The notes under the pieces: generated by a model
What the model saw: only the letters and a program-made list of their open reading frames with translations
Database searches by the model: none
What the model was told of the DNA's origin: nothing
Assembly (NCBI GenBank): GCA_963810275.1
Contig: CAWENF010000019.1
Location: 96,001 to 160,000 of the forward strand
Length of the DNA stretch: 64,000 nt
Direction of reading: 5' to 3'
Origin: an uncultured archaeon
Lineage (GTDB): Archaea; Thermoproteota; Bathyarchaeia; Bathyarchaeales; Bathycorpusculaceae
Shown: piece after piece, positions 59,375 to 64,000 of the stretch
Layout: every line of letters begins with the position of its first letter
Position numbering within the stretch: position 1 is the first letter of the stretch
Made by a program: the position numbers and the translations under genes

Positions 59375-59590
59375 GTTAGAAACTGTTAGAGCGCAACCGC
59401 CAATCATGAGACTATACAGCGACACATAACACGTTATAATTAATGGAAACTCCAAAGCAAACGCTACCGTAACTTACTGTTGCTATACCTGCACAGTAAC
59501 AAGCGTTTATTAGGTATGACCTTGTCAGTGTAGATTAGTCTTTTCGTTTTTCCATTTTTCAGGTCTCTTTTAAAAAGAGGGTGTGATTAA

Positions 59591-62056
59591 TCGAGCCAAG
59601 AAAACGTCACCACTGAGGAATCCAAAAAAACCTCATCCGAAAAGCTCTTTGAAAAGCTTCAAAGCAAGCCAGAAGGGCTTTCTCAATCGGAAGCACAGCA
59701 AAGACTCCAAACCTATGGCTCCAACGAAATAACAGAAAAAAAAATCAGCCCCCTGAGAAAGTTCCTCGGCTACTTCTGGGGTCCGATTCCATGGATGATT
59801 GAAGCCGCCGTTGTGATGTCCGCAGTTATTCAGCATTGGCCAGACTTCGGAATCATATTGATGCTGCTACTGCTAAACGCAGTAATCGGGTTCTGGCAGG
59901 AAAACAAAGCAGACAACGCCATAGAAATGCTAAAACAGAAACTGGCGCCAAACGCAAAAGTGCTCCGGGATGGCAAATGGGTGCAGAAGCCCGCCAAGGA
60001 GCTTGTGCCAGGCGACATAGTACGAGTTCGGCTCGGAGACATAATACCCGCAGACGTGAAACTGATAAAGGGCGACTACATTCAGCTTGACGAATCCGCC
60101 TTAACCGGTGAATCTTTACCTGTAGAGAAACACGAAGAAGATGTTGGTTACTCGGGGTCTATTGCTCGACAAGGCGAAATGGATGCCCTAGTCATCACTA
60201 CCGGCATGAATACCTACTTTGGAAAAACCACCAAACTTGTCGAGCAAGCTGGCACGGTAAGCCACTTCCAAAAGGCAGTCACAAAAATAGGTGACTACCT
60301 CATAGCTCTAGCGGGCGTAATCGTAGTTATAATCCTTGTTGTAAGCTTGTTTAGGGGGGAAAGCCTACTTTCAACCATCCAGTTTGCACTTGTTTTAACG
60401 GTTGCCGCAATCCCCGCAGCTCTACCCGCTGTCCTCTCAGTTACGCTGGCTTTGGGTGCAATAGCGTTATCAAAAAAAGAAGCCATTGTAAGCAAACTCG
60501 TAGCCATCGAGGAAATGGCAGGCGTTGATGTACTATGTGCGGACAAAACTGGTACCATAACCAAAAACGAGTTAACTGTAGGCAAAATCCAGCCTCTTGA
60601 AAGTTTCACAGAAAAAGACGTTTTGCTGTTTGGTTTCTTGTCCTCGCGGGAAGAGGACCAAGATCCCATAGACACCGCTATCATAACTAAAAGCAAAGAA
60701 GCAAAGGAAGTCTCAAGTGCAGTTGACTCCTATGAAATCGTCAAGTTTACGCCCTTTGACCCAGTACGGAAACGTACCGAAGCAGAAATCGAAGGCAAAG
60801 ACGGAAAAACCTTTAAGGTATCCAAAGGAGCACCTCAAGTTATTCTGTCCTTAACTACTGCCAGCAAAGATTCCATCTCCAGCAAAATCAGCCAGTACGT
60901 TGACGACTTTGCCTCAAACGGCTACCGCGCTTTAGGCGTAGCGCAAAACAATGGTGACACTTGGCGCTATGTGGGTTTGATTGCACTCTATGACCCGCCT
61001 CGTGAAGATTCCGCTGAAACTCTAAAAAACGCTGCTTCCATGGGCGTCAAAGTTAAGATGGTTACAGGTGATCACGAAGCAATAGGCAAAGAAATTGCAG
61101 GTCAAGTCGGTTTAGGTCGTAACGTACTGCCTGCCTCTGTTTTCCTGGATAAAAGCGACTTGGACGCTCAAGACGTAATCGAAAAGGCAGATGGATTTGC
61201 CGAGGTTTATCCCGAGCATAAATACCGCATAGTCAAGCTGCTCCAGAGCAAAGACCATATTGTGGGAATGACGGGCGACGGCGTAAATGATGCACCAGCA
61301 TTAAAAGAAGCCGATGCGGGAATAGCTGTTGCAGGTGCCACGGACGCCGCTAAATCCGCCGCAGACATCGTTCTTACCAAACCTGGTTTGTCAGTCATAA
61401 TTGATGCGTTGAAGCAGAGTCGACAGATTTTCCAAAGGATGAATAATTATTCAATCTATCGTATTACTGAAACCTTCAGGGTGCTGTTTTTTATTGCCAT
61501 TACGATTCTAGTTTTTCAGTTCTTCCCCGTTACCGCCCTTATGATCGTGCTATTAGCAATACTTAATGACCTGCCAATTATCACAATCGCATATGATAAC
61601 GTTCTTTATTCGAATAAGCCTGAGAAGTGGAATATGCGTGTCATTGTGGGCATGGCGACTTTTCTGGGGGTTCTGGGTGTAGTGGAGTCTTTTGCTTTAT
61701 TTTATATTGGGTATCAGGTGCTGGGTTTGTCGCCTGTGGTTCTGCAGTCGTTTATGTATCTGAAGCTTTCAGTCGCAGGTCACTTAACGGTGTTTATGGC
61801 TCGAACTAAAGGTCACTTCTGGTCTGTACGACCCGCCACGCCATTGCTGGTCGCGGTGATTTTAACTCAGCTTACAGCTACATTGATTACCGTCTATGGA
61901 ATTTTGCTACCTGCTATGGGTTGGGCCCTGGCTGGACTTGTTTGGGGCGAAGCGCTGTTGGTTTTTGTAGTTATAGACTTCGCGAAAGTACGCTTCTATA
62001 AAGTGCTGGACCATAGCGGAGTTGACTTCAGCCATAAAACACCGCACAAAAAATAA
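59591..62056 (+). CDS. P-type H+-exporting ATPase, type IIIA (copy 2); homologous N-terminus begins at a TCG codon
   Basis: Same motifs as copy 1. The frame is open for 68 codons upstream of ATG 59795 and aligns to the copy-1 N-terminus (TTEESKKTSSEKLF...GLSQSEA..RL..YG.NEI). Confidence 0.88.
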   Translation, partial: SSQENVTTEESKKTSSEKLFEKLQSKPEGLSQSEAQQRLQTYGSNEITEKKISPLRKFLGYFWGPIPWMIEAAVVMSAVIQHWPDFGIILMLLLLNAVIGFWQENKADNAIEMLKQKLAPNAKVLRDGKWVQKPAKELVPGDIVRVRLGDIIPADVKLIKGDYIQLDESALTGESLPVEKHEEDVGYSGSIARQGEMDALVITTGMNTYFGKTTKLVEQAGTVSHFQKAVTKIGDYLIALAGVIVVIILVVSLFRGESLLSTIQFALVLTVAAIPAALPAVLSVTLALGAIALSKKEAIVSKLVAIEEMAGVDVLCADKTGTITKNELTVGKIQPLESFTEKDVLLFGFLSSREEDQDPIDTAIITKSKEAKEVSSAVDSYEIVKFTPFDPVRKRTEAEIEGKDGKTFKVSKGAPQVILSLTTASKDSISSKISQYVDDFASNGYRALGVAQNNGDTWRYVGLIALYDPPREDSAETLKNAASMGVKVKMVTGDHEAIGKEIAGQVGLGRNVLPASVFLDKSDLDAQDVIEKADGFAEVYPEHKYRIVKLLQSKDHIVGMTGDGVNDAPALKEADAGIAVAGATDAAKSAADIVLTKPGLSVIIDALKQSRQIFQRMNNYSIYRITETFRVLFFIAITILVFQFFPVTALMIVLLAILNDLPIITIAYDNVLYSNKPEKWNMRVIVGMATFLGVLGVVESFALFYIGYQVLGLSPVVLQSFMYLKLSVAGHLTVFMARTKGHFWSVRPATPLLVAVILTQLTATLITVYGILLPAMGWALAGLVWGEALLVFVVIDFAKVRFYKVLDHSGVDFSHKTPHKK

Positions 62057-62223
62057 TCTGCAAAACCTTTGCCCAAATCTAACCGATATAAGTAAAAGTT
62101 GGATTTCTGTTTTGGTAGCCCGATCGCGCTGTCAAACCTTTGGTAAATTGAAGTATGCGGTAAACATTTTTTTATCCTAACTGATAACAAAGAAAAAAGC
62201 CCAAATTGAATAGGCAGAGCAAA

Positions 62224-63130
62224 TTATGCGCAAGCATCTCGGCCCTTTTTATTCTGGGGAAGCGTTAAGTTTTTGTCGCCTGTTAAATCTTTTTCGAGGA
62301 TGGCTGCGCGAGCAGCGACTTTTTTAGCTTCCGCATTAATTTCAGGATTTTCCATCTCACCCTTACGTTTCTCATTAGACTCCAAAATCAACCGCAGCAT
62401 GTCCGAATCATAGTTTTTTAGTAATAGCTTAGTGTTAGGAATTAAACAGTGGCCGCCGATGACTCCAGGAAACATAATCGGCCGATCAAGACGTTGCCGG
62501 TGCGTATCTTCTAGAAAATCCAGTGAATCATTAAAGTCGGTACCGAATTTACGGCTTATACGGTGCATTTCCTGAAAGCATATAATCATCCAAGCGCGGT
62601 AAGTGGTCTCAAAAAGTTTCGCCAACTCGGTTTCGGTGCAGCCTTTGAGCACTTTAACCGTTAAGCCAAGTTTTTTAAAATGCGATTTCGCCGCTTCTGA
62701 TGCTTCATTCGTTGCTCCACCTACGTATTTAGGCCAACGCTTCATCTCCCACAACATATGCTCAGCATTAATGTGTACACCGCGAGAAGGCGAATGAACA
62801 ACAAAACAAAAGCTGCAATGTTCTGCGACTTTTAGTGTAGTTCCAGGCGGAACTGTGCTGTTATTTACAACCAGTTTAGGCGTATACTGTTTGGTGTAGT
62901 CAACAACAATCTGCGTAAAACGTTCAGGGTTGCCGCATGGCAGGCAAACTTGCAGAACATCCACTTGACTAGGTAAAGCATCTTTTAATTGGTTAAGCTC
63001 CATCATTTTAGCCTCATCCACATCCAAACCGTAAACCGAAAACTCCGCTAGTTTTTTCTTTGTACAGCGTGAAAAGAGTGTGTCCAATTTCGCCTAACCC
63101 AACAACCAGCACAGATTCCTTTTTTGCCAA
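62224..63130 (-). pseudogene. UDP-glucose/GDP-mannose dehydrogenase-family protein with a 1-bp frameshift
   Basis: TTG 63130 gives MAKKESVLVVGLGEIGHTL (Rossmann GxGxxG). The frame shifts at the A6 run (63052-63057) into NSTVPPGTT, HSP.RG, ELAKLFET and GGHCL. Confidence 0.8.
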
Positions 63131-63204
63131 ACAGTATGCCTCCCAGACTGCAAAGAATTCAGAAGTGTTAAACTATTTAAATCTGGAGTCAACAAAAGAA
63201 AAGT

Positions 63205-63717
63205 ATGCAAACTTCTAAACGCGGCGTCGGAATTGTACGAGGCAGAAACATCCAAGTTGGAGAAGGCTGTGCTATTTGGAACTATGTGGTTATCGGCGAC
63301 AACGCCAAAATAGGAGATGGCTGCATAATTGGCAGTTTTGTGGATCTTGGTAAAGATGTGGTTTTAGGCAGAAACTGCAACATACAGGCGCACGTAACCA
63401 TCTCTAACGGTTGCGTGCTTGGTGACAACGTCTTTATTGCTCCCAACAGCAGTCTTTTAAACGACAAGTACCCTAAAAGCAGCTTAATGACGCCCCCAAA
63501 AATCATGGATGGAGCAGCCATAGGCGGCGGAGTAACTATTCTGCCCAATGTTATAGTTGGGGAGAAAGCGGTCGTCGGCGGTGGAAGCGTAGTCGCTAAA
63601 AACGTGCCTGCCAGAACAGTCGTAGCGGGATGTCCAGCAAAAAAAGTTATGACGCTCGAAGAGTTTATGATAAAACGTGAAGATTTTTTAGCCGTGAAAC
63701 TGCGGGAACGGCAATGA
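63205..63717 (+). CDS. Hexapeptide-repeat sugar N-acetyltransferase
   Basis: Left-handed beta-helix repeats (IGDNAKIGDGCIIG), LNDKYP, VPA..VVAGCPAK. Confidence 0.9.
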   Translation: MQTSKRGVGIVRGRNIQVGEGCAIWNYVVIGDNAKIGDGCIIGSFVDLGKDVVLGRNCNIQAHVTISNGCVLGDNVFIAPNSSLLNDKYPKSSLMTPPKIMDGAAIGGGVTILPNVIVGEKAVVGGGSVVAKNVPARTVVAGCPAKKVMTLEEFMIKREDFLAVKLRERQ

Positions 63718-64000
63718 AGGTCTGGTATGATGCCTGCACGGGCAAACACACTCGCTACGGTTCAGCAATCGGCAAAAAAATCCGTGGGCTAGGACATGAA
63801 TTCATCTTAACAACCCGCGAGCATCCGGATACTTTGCCGCTTATGAAAATTCTGGGTGAGAAACCAGTGGTCGTTGGAAAATACGATCCAACAACCAACA
63901 CATCACGACTCAAAGAAAGTGCACAACGCATAATCGAATTTGCCGACTTATTTGCGAAAAAAGGCAAACCCGACATAGCCATAGCTCATCAATCAGTTGA
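63714..64000 (+). CDS. DUF354-family glycosyltransferase-like protein (3' end runs off the window)
   Basis: Manual translation MKVWYDACTGKHTRYGSAIGKKIRGLGHEFILTTREHPDTL...PDIAIAHQSV; ATGA overlap with the upstream gene. Confidence 0.78.
   Translation, partial: MKVWYDACTGKHTRYGSAIGKKIRGLGHEFILTTREHPDTLPLMKILGEKPVVVGKYDPTTNTSRLKESAQRIIEFADLFAKKGKPDIAIAHQSV

Noticed and set aside
63051-63060. Programmed -1 frameshift at AAAAAAC
   Set aside because: The required shift is +1 and the heptamer is not in the X-XXY-YYZ phase.
1-64000. CRISPR arrays, IS elements, rRNA genes
   Set aside because: No regularly spaced direct repeats, transposase-like ORFs or rRNA-like stretches were seen by eye.

Overview
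Archaeal chromosomal segment, most consistent with a TACK lineage such as Bathyarchaeia (inferred from PolD together with Elf1, eS25 and an archaeosortase-like gene). Most of it is conserved informational clusters: elf1-GGGPS-polD DP2; rpl3-4-23-2-rps19; rps6e-aIF2g-PIN-rpoE-spt4-dpck-rps24e-rps27ae; srp54-pus10-rpl21e-rpoF-DUF655-ksgA-hemK; rpl10e-ppsA-dph2; csl4-rpoL-DUF99-tfs; priS-gins; tes-rps25e. It also carries tRNA-Glu(UUC). Signals not captured by the ORF track: (1) a probable box C/D guide sRNA upstream of srp54 whose D' guide fits the 23S peptidyl-transferase region; (2) a trpY/trpB2 divergent pair with TRP boxes; (3) three 21-bp-phased CTAA-N3-TTAG-type sites between a membrane-anchored wHTH gene and a DUF996 operon; (4) a cassette of two P3A H+-ATPases around a second, frameshifted PEP synthase; (5) a C2H2 zinc-finger microprotein; (6) a C at the normally invariant tRNA position U55; (7) decayed or frameshifted genes (fae-hps, DUF4256, a wHTH gene, an NDP-sugar dehydrogenase). 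No CRISPR array, transposase or integrase was seen. All calls come from motif recognition by eye; no database search was run.
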